This document shows, piece after piece, positions 49,176 to 59,350 of a stretch of DNA of 64,000 bases. The first letter of the stretch is position 1. Each line of letters begins with the position of its first letter. The notes beneath the pieces were generated by a model. That model was not told the origin of the DNA. It was given only the letters and a program-made list of their open reading frames with translations, and ran no database searches. This stretch comes from an uncultured Acidobacteriota bacterium (GTDB lineage: Bacteria; Acidobacteriota; UBA6911; RPQK01): assembly GCA_964421755.1 (NCBI GenBank), contig CAYQYP010000460.1:17487-81486 (forward strand), in the 5' to 3' direction. Both the position numbers and the translations under genes were made by a program.

Positions 49176-50567
49176 ATGTGGACTACAGGTTCAGCGGCCG
49201 GTGTTGAAATATTGCCGGACAAGCTGGTTTTCGTTGGCCTGCGCAAAGGTTTTCAGGGTTATACCCTCAAGCAACAGGCCGTCATAGACAACTACCGAGA
49301 GCTCTCGGTAACTGAGTTGCGGAATCAGCTGCGCCCGGCGCTGCAGGCGAACGGCTTCAATCGGACGAACCTGATCGCCGGACTTCCAGACGAACAGGTC
49401 TCGGTGCGACTGCTTGAGCTCCCCCTCGAGGTCGAAGAGAACCTCAGCCAGGTTATCCGTTTTCAGGTCGACCGATTCGAACCGGCCGAAGAGGAGAAGT
49501 CCTATTACGATTACGTCATCCTCTCTCGGGACGAGAGCCAGAAGAAGCTGCTCATCCAGGTGGCGATGGTCCGCCAGAGCGTGCTCGACGAGTACCTCAC
49601 GCTCTTGAAGGAAATTAACCTCTACCCTGCTGCGGTCCGTTTCTCCGGCATCGGCCTGCATCAGATCCTGGCTCTGCACGAAGATGGATTCCCGAAAAAG
49701 GAACCCTGCATCGTCCTCAGCGTCAACCAGGAGACCGTGGAAACGGTCGTGATCGTCGGCCCGGATCGGTTCTTCTCGGACAAGGTGATGGTGGAGAACG
49801 GTCCACCAACTCCGGAACACGTCCTCGAACAAGTCTATGGGTTCCTGTCGCGGTTGCGGCTCAGCAATCCGATGATAGGAAGGATTTATGTGACCGGTGA
49901 ATTGGCCACCGAGACCTGCGATGGCCTCCGCCAGCACGTGACTGATTGCGAGCTTTTGACCCAGCGTCTCAGGTTGAAAGACAAGGAACGGGCCGCGCGA
50001 CAGCCGGAGCTGCTCCCGGCGGTCGGGCTGGCCGCCTCGAGCCTGTCGAAGTCCTCGGGGGCACGGTTTAACTTGATCCCCGAGGCGAGACGCATCATTG
50101 GGGATAAGTCGAGCATCATCCCGACCGTCGTCCTCCTGGTTCTCGTCTTGATCCTCGGAGCGGCAGCGGCGGTGCGAGGCTACTGGCAACAGAAGCAACT
50201 TCTGGCCGACGTTCAGCAGCAGATCCAGGAACTGCGGCCCAGGGTTGACGAAGTGATGCGGTTGAGGCAGGAGGTGGAGAACCGGCAGGCAGAGGTCACT
50301 GAGCTGAGGGATATGCTCAAGGGCGACCAAAAGATCCTACTGGTCTTGAAGGACCTCACAGAGCGTTTGCCTGACGACACCTACCTGAATAACCTCCAGA
50401 TCGAACGGGGCCAGGTAACTTTGTACGGCTTTTCGGATGCGGCGACCAATTTGATTCCGACGCTTCGGGCGTCAAGCCACGTCAAGAGCGTCCAGCAGCG
50501 GTACATTACGAGGGATCCGGTCACCAAGAAAGAAAAATTCCAGTTTGACGTGGTCCTGAAAGACTAG
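49176..50567 (+). CDS. gspL: GspL-like assembly protein (PilM-like actin fold fused to PilN-like TM and coiled coil)
   Basis: 463 aa; cytoplasmic N-domain, one TM (IIPTVVLLVLVLILGAAAAV), periplasmic coiled coil. Confidence 0.6.
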   Translation: MWTTGSAAGVEILPDKLVFVGLRKGFQGYTLKQQAVIDNYRELSVTELRNQLRPALQANGFNRTNLIAGLPDEQVSVRLLELPLEVEENLSQVIRFQVDRFEPAEEEKSYYDYVILSRDESQKKLLIQVAMVRQSVLDEYLTLLKEINLYPAAVRFSGIGLHQILALHEDGFPKKEPCIVLSVNQETVETVVIVGPDRFFSDKVMVENGPPTPEHVLEQVYGFLSRLRLSNPMIGRIYVTGELATETCDGLRQHVTDCELLTQRLRLKDKERAARQPELLPAVGLAASSLSKSSGARFNLIPEARRIIGDKSSIIPTVVLLVLVLILGAAAAVRGYWQQKQLLADVQQQIQELRPRVDEVMRLRQEVENRQAEVTELRDMLKGDQKILLVLKDLTERLPDDTYLNNLQIERGQVTLYGFSDAATNLIPTLRASSHVKSVQQRYITRDPVTKKEKFQFDVVLKD

Positions 50568-50587
50568 AGAGCCGAGAAAGATAAGAC

Positions 50588-51139
50588 ATGCGAAAACTAG
50601 CGAAACGCGATAAGCGGGCGATCATGCTGGGCGGAGTCCTCATCGCCCTCTACCTTGTCATCTTTCATGTTGCTCTGCCTGTGTACGAGGCCCAGGCGGA
50701 GGTCGCCGCCAATTTCGAGCGGGAGACCCAGTTCCTGGAAAAGGCGATGCATACGCTCCAGCAGAAGGACTCTTACGCCGCGCAACTGGACGAGATCAAC
50801 ACCGTCTTGGTGCAGTACCAGGATCGGCTGCTGTCGGCGCGCGAATCAAGTTCTGCGGCAGTAGAGCTTGAGGAGATCGTCCGCGCAGCCGCCACCGAGA
50901 ATCATGTTTCCCTCACCAAGACGAGCCCGCTGCCTGAAAAAAAGGTCGGCGAACGATACTCGAAGGTCACCCTGCAGTTGAACGTGGAAGGGGACATGGC
51001 CTCGACGACGGGCTTCCTGCATTCGCTTTCGGCGCACCACAAGTTTCTGCTCGTCGAAGATTTTCAAATTGCCAAATTCCGAAACCAGCCTATGGTTCAG
51101 CCGCGCATGTCTGTGTCGGGATACATTAGACTTTCCTAG
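50588..51139 (+). CDS. gspM: GspM/PilO-like bitopic protein
   Basis: 183 aa; short cytoplasmic N-terminus, one TM, periplasmic domain. Confidence 0.55.
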   Translation: MRKLAKRDKRAIMLGGVLIALYLVIFHVALPVYEAQAEVAANFERETQFLEKAMHTLQQKDSYAAQLDEINTVLVQYQDRLLSARESSSAAVELEEIVRAAATENHVSLTKTSPLPEKKVGERYSKVTLQLNVEGDMASTTGFLHSLSAHHKFLLVEDFQIAKFRNQPMVQPRMSVSGYIRLS

Positions 51140-51166
51140 CTGTGTGCGCATCTGAGAAGGTGGAGT

Positions 51167-52033
51167 ATGGGTCGAAAATTTATTGCCATAAATCTGCTAA
51201 TCCTCGCCGGAGTCGTTCTGCTGTCCCGCTACCTGACCTCCGAGTGGAAGTCATTTGAAGCGACGAACAATGTCCAGCGGGTCTTGGACAAGGCAAAGAA
51301 GAACGCCGGGTCGGTGCCGGAGCTCGAACCCTTGCCCCCACCGGTTACTCCCCATCCGTACCCCGATTTCACGGTGATTCCCGAGAAGGATCTCTTCATG
51401 GCCGAGCGGAAACCTCCGTCTCCCGAGGCTCCTCAGCCCGTAGAAGAGGCGCCGAAGTTTCCGAAGCCGCCCGCTCTGAACGGCGTTCTGAACTTAAACG
51501 GGAAGACACAGGCGATGGTAACGATCTTCGAGAGTCCCAACGCCAAGGGACAATCGAGGACCCTGTCGGTCGGCGACGCGATTAACGGTTGGTCGATAGC
51601 CGAAATCAAGGAAACGTCCCTCACCCTCCGCTGGAAAGACCAGGAGAAGGTGGTCGACATGTTCGACTCGGCCCCGCAGCAGGCTTCCGCCGCTCCGCAG
51701 GCCATGGCCAGGGCTCCGGTAACCGTGATCACCATCGGTTCTTCGGTCGCGGCGGTTGAGACCGTGGCGGCGTCCGAACCTGCCGGCGGTACCGAGGAGA
51801 AGCCGGGCATTACCGTTGGTGTCGCGGGTGGCCAGCCAGGGGCGAACACCGGACAACGGGGCGGGCAGACCGGGCAAATCGGACCGGGCGGTTCCCGAGG
51901 AGCGACCGGATCGTCCAGGGGTGGCTATTCCAACCGTTCCGGGCGCGCCACGGGCGCCGGGACAGTCGGCACGGCCGGTGGCTCTTCGGTCCCGTTCAGC
52001 AGCGGCGTTAGACGAGGCAGCAACCAGTATTAG
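51167..52033 (+). CDS. GspC/PilP-like secretin-interacting protein with a Gly-rich C-terminal tail
   Basis: N-terminal TM, Pro-rich linker, HR/PilP-like beta domain (GVLNLNGKTQAMVTI...VGDAINGWSIAEI). Confidence 0.5.
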   Translation: MGRKFIAINLLILAGVVLLSRYLTSEWKSFEATNNVQRVLDKAKKNAGSVPELEPLPPPVTPHPYPDFTVIPEKDLFMAERKPPSPEAPQPVEEAPKFPKPPALNGVLNLNGKTQAMVTIFESPNAKGQSRTLSVGDAINGWSIAEIKETSLTLRWKDQEKVVDMFDSAPQQASAAPQAMARAPVTVITIGSSVAAVETVAASEPAGGTEEKPGITVGVAGGQPGANTGQRGGQTGQIGPGGSRGATGSSRGGYSNRSGRATGAGTVGTAGGSSVPFSSGVRRGSNQY

Positions 52034-52084
52034 TCATCGATTCATAGCTCTGAACTCTCAACATGCAGATACAGGGACTCACAC

Positions 52085-54586
52085 ATGGTTAGATTCCTAT
52101 TCATTGGATTTATTCTAATTATCCTGATGGTCCCCGGGGAATCGCTTGGTTCGGTCTCCCCCGGAATGGCTTTCTTGCAGGCTCGAACGACAGCCCAGCG
52201 GCCTGTGGTCGTGCCCGGAGTGGTCGCAATGCCGGGCAGCGAAGGCCCGCCCTCTCAGGAGACACTTCAGCAGTCGGCCCCGGCTCAGGCCCCGGGAGCG
52301 GGACAGCAGGCGCCGGCCCAGCCGTCCGCTCCGCCTTCCGCTCCCCCACCCAGAGTGGGAAGCCAGTCGTCACGTGGCTCGTCCGGCGGAATCGGATTCA
52401 ATTTCAACAATGCCCCCATTGATACGGTCATCTCGACCATCATGCGGGAGCTCGGTTACTCATACGTCATCGACCCCAAGGTGACCGGAACCGTTAACCT
52501 TTTCACTGTGAGGGATATTCCGAAGGATCGGATGTTCGAGATCCTCGAACAGGTCCTGAAGATGAATGGCCAGGGGATCGTCAGGCAGAATGACATGTAC
52601 ATCATTGCCCCGATGCAGGACGGTCCGCGCCAGCCCGGTGAGAAGATTCTTTTGAAACCGCAGCAGGAAAAGGCACCGGATAAAGGGGGAACGGGTGGGC
52701 AAACGCCACCGACCGGCGGTCAGAGCAGTTCCTCCACTCCGGGTCCTTCAGCTTTACCCGTCCCCAATGGGCTGAGTGATCAAGAGGGAGTCGTCACCTA
52801 TGTAATCCCCCTTCACTACCTGGCCTCTGAGCATATGAAGCAGCTCGCCCAGGTTTTTGTTTCCGATGGCGCCAACGTTGTCGACTTTGCCCCGGCAAAC
52901 ATCCTGATGGTGACGGATCACCGCAAGAATATCCAGCAGATCCTCGATATCGTCGAGATGCTGGATACGAATTACTTCGCCATCAATACCGTCGATCTCA
53001 TACCTATCAAGAACAACCTAGCGAAGGATGTTGCCGAGGACCTTGGAAAGGTGTTCGCGCCGGGCGAAAAGTCGAGCGTGCGGTTGGTGGCCATCGAGCG
53101 CCTGAACAGCGTGCTGGTCGTGACTCATGCCCCGAGTGTCCTTCAACAGGTCAAGGACTGGATCAACAAGCTTGATTCGCCCTCGGCCAGCACGAATATC
53201 AAGACATTTGTGTATCAGGTCGAGAACAACACCGCGATAAACATCGCGGATGTGCTCGCGCAGCTATACCAGGACGGAATGGGATTGCCTTCCTCGGCTA
53301 CCGGCGAAGCGAGAGAAGGGCAGCAAGGCGGGGCACAGGGGAACGGGCGCCAAACGGAGCCCGGGTTCATTCCGGGCCAGCCGAACTACAACCAGATGTT
53401 CAACCAGGGTGGGCAGCGCGGGATTCGAAGCGAGCTCGGTCCGTCGCTGACGGGCCGGCCGATGACCGCCCAGCAGGGCGTGCGCGCGGTCGTTGCGGGT
53501 AACGTCAAAGTGATCGTGAATGAGTACAACAACTCGTTGATCGTTCAGGCAACCCAGGCTGACTACGATTTCCTGGCCGAGACCATCCGCCAGCTGGATG
53601 TTCTGCCTCGCCAGGTTCTAATCGAAGCCCGAATCTACGCTGTATCGCTGCAGGACGATCTGCTCTTTGGCGTTACAGCGTTCCTGGAGGCGCAGGGCAT
53701 CAGTGGAACCGACCCTGTCCCGGCGACAACAGCGTCTATAGCCGCCACGGGCAATTTCTCCGGCACGACTCGAACGATGATCGGAATGAGTCGACAGCTC
53801 GAATTGAGCATCGTGGACGCGCTCCGGAAGAAAACCGACGTCGAGATGATGGAAGCCCCCAGGCTTCTTGCCATGGACGGCATGCAGGCCAGCTTCAACG
53901 TCGGCGCGGAAGTCCCGGTGACAACAGCCTCGTTTGGCAACCCGGTCCAGTCGGGAACGAACAACGCATTTGTGAACTCCATTCAATACCGCCCGACCGG
54001 TACGACGCTGTTGATTGTGCCCAGGATCAGCGCCAGCGGCATCGTCACCATGGATCTTGCGGTTGAAGTCAGTTCCTCGAGCGGTGACGGCGTGACGCCG
54101 ACGATCGAGAGGAACTATGTCGAGACATCAATGATCGTCCGGGACGGTCAGACGGTCGCGATCGCGGGGATCATCAGCGATAGCTACAATCTGACTCGAA
54201 ACCGGATTCCGATCCTCGGCGACATCCCGATCATGGGCGCGCTGTTCGGCAGTACGCGCCGCGATAAGAGACGTGCTGAACTGGTCATCATGATCACTCC
54301 CCACGTCATCCCAAATCTGCCGACGGCTGCCGAACTGACTGCGGATTTCCGTCGGGCGCTCCGCAACGCTTACCGGTTCATCAACAAGAAGGAAGCCGAG
54401 GAACGCGACCTGATCCAGGAACGCCGGGATGAGGAACTGCGCGAATTCCAGAAAGAGCAGGAAAGGCAGCAGGAGGAGCAGCGCAAGCAGCTGGAACGCC
54501 GGCAAGAGCAGGAACAGAAGGCAACCGAACCGCCCGCGCCTTCCGCGCAGCCGCCCACGCAGCCGCAGGAACCGCCCAAACCCTAG
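52085..54586 (+). CDS. gspD: Secretin GspD with C-terminal charged coiled-coil and Pro-rich extension
   Basis: 833 aa; N0 domain (GIGFNFNNAPIDTVISTI); C-terminal secretin domain (RIPILGDIPIMGALFG); tail EQERQQEEQRKQLERRQEQEQK...PPKP. Confidence 0.85.
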   Translation: MVRFLFIGFILIILMVPGESLGSVSPGMAFLQARTTAQRPVVVPGVVAMPGSEGPPSQETLQQSAPAQAPGAGQQAPAQPSAPPSAPPPRVGSQSSRGSSGGIGFNFNNAPIDTVISTIMRELGYSYVIDPKVTGTVNLFTVRDIPKDRMFEILEQVLKMNGQGIVRQNDMYIIAPMQDGPRQPGEKILLKPQQEKAPDKGGTGGQTPPTGGQSSSSTPGPSALPVPNGLSDQEGVVTYVIPLHYLASEHMKQLAQVFVSDGANVVDFAPANILMVTDHRKNIQQILDIVEMLDTNYFAINTVDLIPIKNNLAKDVAEDLGKVFAPGEKSSVRLVAIERLNSVLVVTHAPSVLQQVKDWINKLDSPSASTNIKTFVYQVENNTAINIADVLAQLYQDGMGLPSSATGEAREGQQGGAQGNGRQTEPGFIPGQPNYNQMFNQGGQRGIRSELGPSLTGRPMTAQQGVRAVVAGNVKVIVNEYNNSLIVQATQADYDFLAETIRQLDVLPRQVLIEARIYAVSLQDDLLFGVTAFLEAQGISGTDPVPATTASIAATGNFSGTTRTMIGMSRQLELSIVDALRKKTDVEMMEAPRLLAMDGMQASFNVGAEVPVTTASFGNPVQSGTNNAFVNSIQYRPTGTTLLIVPRISASGIVTMDLAVEVSSSSGDGVTPTIERNYVETSMIVRDGQTVAIAGIISDSYNLTRNRIPILGDIPIMGALFGSTRRDKRRAELVIMITPHVIPNLPTAAELTADFRRALRNAYRFINKKEAEERDLIQERRDEELREFQKEQERQQEEQRKQLERRQEQEQKATEPPAPSAQPPTQPQEPPKP

Positions 54587-54915
54587 CGGGTCCGGAGACC
54601 CGGCCCGATTGTCCCGTAGATCCGGCATCCCTGCCGGACCTCTTACAAGCCGCGCACGGCAGAGGGTGTCGAAAGAGTCCCCGAGAATGCATCCATCCGC
54701 TGAGCCTGGATGGAGCGTGATCGCGATCGCAAGGAGCCGCGCAAGAAGCGAGGGTGTTGAAAATGTTTACCTTGCGATTTCGGATTCCGCGCGACATGAG
54801 CCCATAACAAGTCCGTCAATATCTTGTCCGAACGCGTTTACCGACCTTCTGCAACACCTTTGCTGCGTGCGCGAAATCGACAGCAGGTCTTAAATAAAGC
54901 GACGCGAGTCCGGGC

Positions 54916-54949
54916 AAAAAAAAGGCCGGACGGGAACGTCCGGCCTTTG
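54916..54949. terminator. Bidirectional rho-independent terminator (A8-GGCCGGACG-GGAA-CGTCCGGCC-TTTG)
   Basis: Sits between the convergent gspD and 54973 gene; on the minus strand it is followed by T8. Confidence 0.8.
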
Positions 54950-54972
54950 CTCCTCTGGTCTGGGATGCGCAG

Positions 54973-55407
54973 TTAATCCTGATTCAGCTGGACAGCCCTG
55001 CGATACACGTGCTTGGCCTCCTGGAACCGTCCCTGGTCGTTGTAGATCTTCCCTTTGAGCATCATCAGGTTGAACTTATTCTTGTTCTGTTTTGTCTCGG
55101 CAAGGGTCTGATCCACGATTTCTTCGGCGATCGCGAACTGGCGGACGCCGCGGAGGTTTTCAACGATGATCCAAGCGCTCTTGACGACGTTCTGTTCGTT
55201 GGGTCCGGTGAGGTTCAGGTCCAATATCTTCTTGAACTCCGGCAGGACCTGGGAAAAGTTCTGTTCCTTGAGCAGCACTTCAATGATCGCGTGCTGAGCC
55301 GCGGCCGTCTGAAGCTTAACCTCATCAGATGCTGCTGCAGCGCCCTGCCCAAAAGCCGGGAAGGCGAGCATGGCAATCAGTGTCAGTGAAATCGTCCACT
55401 TCTTCAT
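54973..55407 (-). CDS. Secreted TPR-like protein, third gene of the ECF sigma operon
   Basis: Signal peptide MKKWTISLTLIAMLAFPAFGQGAAA; 4-nt overlap with the anti-sigma gene. Confidence 0.55.
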   Translation of the reverse strand: MKKWTISLTLIAMLAFPAFGQGAAAASDEVKLQTAAAQHAIIEVLLKEQNFSQVLPEFKKILDLNLTGPNEQNVVKSAWIIVENLRGVRQFAIAEEIVDQTLAETKQNKNKFNLMMLKGKIYNDQGRFQEAKHVYRRAVQLNQD

Positions 55408-55922
55408 CTCAGACTCCTATTCCCTCCAAAGGGATTATCGCCGACAGAATCAAAGGTAAAAAACGGGTTGTCCGCATCGCTGGCAGCCGGGACCGATTCA
55501 AAAGGATTGCCGTGGGTCTCGATCTGATACGTCTGCAGCTGGGCAAGCATCACGTCGCCGGACGGGTCGGACTCTCCGACGCGCAGCAGGCCGGCAGAGA
55601 GGACGACGAAGCAAACGACTGCCAAGGCCGCGTAACGCAGCGATGGAATGCGGAAGAGTGCAACCAGGTCGTTCCAGAAACCGGTTGAGCTTGACTGGGG
55701 TGTAGTTTGAAGCTGGGAGGAAATTCGAGTCCAAATCCAGGCGGGTGGTTCGAGCTCGAGGTCGGGACTCTGAAAAAGCCGGGTGAGACGCTGCTGCTCC
55801 TGATAGAACGCGGCACAGGCGGAACAGTGCTGCGTGTGTTCTCTCAACTGGACCTCCAATTGAGAGTCGCAGCTCCCGTCGATCCATGCCGTCATCAGTG
55901 GTTTCAGATTCTCGCAGCTCAT
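55404..55922 (-). CDS. Anti-sigma factor (zf-HC2 plus TM)
   Basis: C..C...H..C.AC motif (SCDSQLEVQLREHTQHCSACAAF); TM helix; overlaps the sigma gene. Confidence 0.7.
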   Translation of the reverse strand: MSCENLKPLMTAWIDGSCDSQLEVQLREHTQHCSACAAFYQEQQRLTRLFQSPDLELEPPAWIWTRISSQLQTTPQSSSTGFWNDLVALFRIPSLRYAALAVVCFVVLSAGLLRVGESDPSGDVMLAQLQTYQIETHGNPFESVPAASDADNPFFTFDSVGDNPFGGNRSLR

Positions 55923-56533
55923 GCTTTTTGGATCTTCGACTTCTTCAAGTACGTGTTAATCGTTTCCTTTACCGCCAGCCGAGCCCGGTAAATGTCTGTC
56001 TTGACCGACAGCATCGACCGACCCACAATCTTCGTGATGTCCTCGTAACTCATCTTCTGGAAAACCGCCAGAACGAAAACATCACGATACTTCGGCGAGA
56101 GCGAATCCAGCGCCCGGCTGACGACCTCGTTCAATTCCCCCGAGAGTGCTAAGGTCTCGGGGTCCGGCTGATGGGTATCGTCAGTCAGGAAGTTGTAGTA
56201 ACCCGCCTCCTCGTCATCAATCGAGACCTCCGAAGAGCGCTGCGCCCGCCGAAGTTTCTGGTACACCTCGTTCCTGGCTATCCGGTAGAGCCAGAAACGA
56301 AACTGATTCGGATCTCTGAGATGCTTGAGTTCTGAGTGCACCTTCAAGAACGTCTCTTGAAGAAGGTCTTCCGCATCCTCTGTCGATCCGATCAGTCTCC
56401 ATATGAAATTGTAAATTGCTTTTGAGAAGAGCAGGTACAACTGGTAAAAATCATCTTCGGAACCCTGCTGAGCTCGCGCGACGATTTTTGACAGTTCCGC
56501 CGGGGCAATTTCGTTAGGCATGACGAACAACAA
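55919..56533 (-). CDS. ECF RNA polymerase sigma factor
   Basis: Region 2 (DLLQETFLKVHSELKHL) and region 4 (SYEDITKIVGRSMLSVKTDIYRARLAVK). Confidence 0.85.
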   Translation of the reverse strand: MLFVMPNEIAPAELSKIVARAQQGSEDDFYQLYLLFSKAIYNFIWRLIGSTEDAEDLLQETFLKVHSELKHLRDPNQFRFWLYRIARNEVYQKLRRAQRSSEVSIDDEEAGYYNFLTDDTHQPDPETLALSGELNEVVSRALDSLSPKYRDVFVLAVFQKMSYEDITKIVGRSMLSVKTDIYRARLAVKETINTYLKKSKIQKA

Positions 56534-56823
56534 AACCTAATCCAGGCCCACACGACCGTGAATTGCCCACAACCTAGCAGCGGCCGTCCTCCAAAGCAAC
56601 CATAAAAGATGACCGCCGAACCAAAAAGTCGCAGAGAAATGTTGAAGCTCGTTAAACCGGTCGAGGCGTTCGAGTTTCACCCCACCTGGTCTCGGGATTG
56701 TCACTTTACTTGTTGAATAGAAAGGAGTAACGTTTAGGTGTTTTTGGACTTTACTTATCTCTGGAGCTTCTTGTATAAGTGAACGGGTGTTTGCCCGGGC
56801 TTTGGCGCGGCCACTGAGATTGC

Positions 56824-58347
56824 ATGAGTATGAGGGGAGTGGGAAAGGCAGCCTGGTACCTGGTAGGGACGGTTCTCGTCTTGTCTCTGCCGACTTTCAG
56901 CTACCTCGTGCCCGATCCGTCCCTGGTTGTCAGTCGCTCGCGCGAAAGTTCCAGCCCCCAATCAGGCGAAAGTCAACGAGCCAGCTCTAGCAACGTCCAC
57001 AGGGCGGTCCCCCGAGTTCTTTCGTCATCCTTCTACGGCAGCTCCGCCGCCCGACTGACTCCGTCGAACCGATCGTCGGCCCCGCGAGTCGCGGATTCCT
57101 CCCGGGCTGGTGAATTCCGACCGATTCCCCGGGTCTCGCGTCCCGCCAATCAGGTCGTCGTCACACCGGCGATGTCCGATCAGGTGAGGCCAGAGAGGCA
57201 AAGGGGGCGTGTCGCGGGGGCCGCCACGCTTTTTGCGCCAGGGGGAGAGTACGGCGCCATGGCCGCCCCGTATGACGGCGAATTGCGGGAGTTGGACCAG
57301 GCCTATCAGTCGTCCCGCAACGACCTTTTCGGCGATTCTTCGTTTTGGCCGGGAGGTTACGCGAGCAATCCGTTCGACAATGATACCGGTGGGGATAATG
57401 ACGGAGACGGCGACGGCAATGGTGATGGTGATTCTGACCCTCCGCCACCTCCGCCTCCGCCACCGCCACCGCCGCCACCACCGCCGCCTCCCGACGATCC
57501 GCCGGACGAACCTAAGCCTCCGCACAAAGACAATTTCCTGGTAGTCGGAGAATTCCCTGGCGTCCAATCGGACAGCTTGGTTTTCTGCGGCTATCGGGAT
57601 GAGCAGGGCAGTTTCGTGATCGGCGATGGGCAGGCGGTGAAGCCTTTCGGCGCCACGGTGGACCCTGGCGGACTCTTGATCGCCGAAGAATACAACTCTC
57701 TGCTCGTGACTGACCTGAATAGCGATGGACTAAGTGACCTCATTTACAGTGAGCACGCGAGCCAGGGCAGTATAATTCGGTGCGAGCTTGGACTAGCCTC
57801 GGGAGGTCATGACCCCGTCGCCGAAGGACTTTTCCTCTGGAAGGTGGTTCTCAGTTTCGCCCTGCTCGACGTCAACCGGGATGACAAATTGGAGCTCTGT
57901 GTCCTGTTCCGGAATACACCTAACCTTTTTGTCTACGAAATCCTGGATGGCGAGTTCGTTTACCTGAAGGAAATTGTCCTTCCGTTCGAGGCTTCACTGG
58001 TGTTAGATTCCTTGTCTCAAGGTTTTGTTAAGGAAAGGCGATTGCACATATTCGACGCCCGACTTGACCGGGTGGTGAGCATGACGTCGCGAGGTCCAAA
58101 CACCCTGGTGCCTGGTTTTTCCAACCTGCTTCAAGCAGTCAGCATTCGGACTTTAGACGGGACGGAAAGCGGCTTGGGCGAGGCCGAGATCGTGACGTTT
58201 GAGCAGGCGGATCGGCTGGTGTTGGCTCAAAGGAGTCCAAGGGGCCTTGTCCTCCGAGGTAGTTTCGACTTGAGCATTCGGACGCCCAGGGCGGTCCTGG
58301 GCGACTATCTGGATCGGGGTACGAGGCAACTGGTAGTTGTGCCTTGA
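56824..58347 (+). CDS. Hypothetical membrane-anchored or secreted protein with a Ser-rich region, P20 linker and C-terminal FG-GAP/VCBS-like repeats
   Basis: VTDLNSDGLSDLIY and LDVNRDDKLEL calcium-binding-like repeats; divergent from the ECF operon. Confidence 0.55.
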   Translation: MSMRGVGKAAWYLVGTVLVLSLPTFSYLVPDPSLVVSRSRESSSPQSGESQRASSSNVHRAVPRVLSSSFYGSSAARLTPSNRSSAPRVADSSRAGEFRPIPRVSRPANQVVVTPAMSDQVRPERQRGRVAGAATLFAPGGEYGAMAAPYDGELRELDQAYQSSRNDLFGDSSFWPGGYASNPFDNDTGGDNDGDGDGNGDGDSDPPPPPPPPPPPPPPPPPPDDPPDEPKPPHKDNFLVVGEFPGVQSDSLVFCGYRDEQGSFVIGDGQAVKPFGATVDPGGLLIAEEYNSLLVTDLNSDGLSDLIYSEHASQGSIIRCELGLASGGHDPVAEGLFLWKVVLSFALLDVNRDDKLELCVLFRNTPNLFVYEILDGEFVYLKEIVLPFEASLVLDSLSQGFVKERRLHIFDARLDRVVSMTSRGPNTLVPGFSNLLQAVSIRTLDGTESGLGEAEIVTFEQADRLVLAQRSPRGLVLRGSFDLSIRTPRAVLGDYLDRGTRQLVVVP

Positions 58348-58587
58348 TTTCGAGGAGCGCAAATAAAAGACGCGACTTTTTTGCTACAATCGCATCTTTC
58401 ACTGTCAACTTTTTTCAGGATGCGGGGAAATGTGCACCCATGGAGGGTGCCTGGCGACATGAAATGGTTTTGTTATATATAACCAGGAACACCGATTGGA
58501 GGTGATCGTTTTAGTCCTTGAGGCGACGGTTTTGAGCGAGTTTATTAGCAAGCGTCTTGTTCAACTTTAATCTAAGGAGTGAGAAGC

Positions 58588-59181
58588 ATGAGCAAATTGA
58601 GAGCAATGGTATTTTTCGCCATCGTGGCGGCCCTGGCCGGGAGCGCCTTTGCGGCCGACACCGCGTTTATTCAAGCGAATGGCACAACCGATCAGGTGGC
58701 CCTGTTTGCCGCATTCGCAGTCAACGTGCCGGAGGGAGTGCTTCCGAGTGGATCCATCCGCACCTCGTTCACCATCAGCAACCTCATGAGCGCGCCCGAA
58801 GGCATCGTCGATTTCTCTGACATGACGACTACCTCGGGACCCATCCATTTCTTCTTGTTCTCTGCCAACGGTGCGATGACCGCGATATCGACCGCCGACC
58901 TCGACAATCCCGAAGGTTTTGGCAATCAGCAACTCGACGAGGATGGTGCACTCGGTGCTGGTAAGACTCTGGCTTTCTTTATGAACGAACTCGCCGAAGC
59001 GGCTGGTTTAGAGGATGACATTTTCACCGGCTACGTGTGGGTCGTCTGCGATTTTGACGCTGCTGCCGGAACCTACAGCACGTTCGACGCTTCGCAGGGC
59101 CTTGCCCAAAGCTTCAAGCTGGACCCAGCTGTGGCCGAAGGCGCCTTTTTCTTTGGTGGTATTGGCGTCGACATCGAGTAA
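58588..59181 (+). CDS. Hypothetical secreted protein (197 aa)
   Basis: RBS TAAGGAG then ATG 58588; signal peptide MSKLRAMVFFAIVAALAGSAFAAD; AT-rich upstream region with TGCTACAAT extended -10-like sequence. Confidence 0.6.
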   Translation: MSKLRAMVFFAIVAALAGSAFAADTAFIQANGTTDQVALFAAFAVNVPEGVLPSGSIRTSFTISNLMSAPEGIVDFSDMTTTSGPIHFFLFSANGAMTAISTADLDNPEGFGNQQLDEDGALGAGKTLAFFMNELAEAAGLEDDIFTGYVWVVCDFDAAAGTYSTFDASQGLAQSFKLDPAVAEGAFFFGGIGVDIE

Positions 59182-59210
59182 GCGACCTCTCAATTTGGAG
59201 GAGAGAAGAG

Positions 59211-59241
59211 GGGCTGGCAGGTTGCCAGCCCTTTTCTTTTT
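59211..59241 (+). terminator. Rho-independent terminator (GGGCTGGC-AGGTT-GCCAGCCC + TTTTCTTTTT)
   Basis: Read directly. Confidence 0.8.
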
Positions 59242-59350
59242 CTGCTAAATTCAGAACCGGTTTTCGGCCTGTGCTCTTTCGAAGACTGTTGGTCGAAGCC
59301 GTTGCCGGGGGTGTCCCCCGGCGCCAGTAATTGACTCGAAGGGGCTTACG

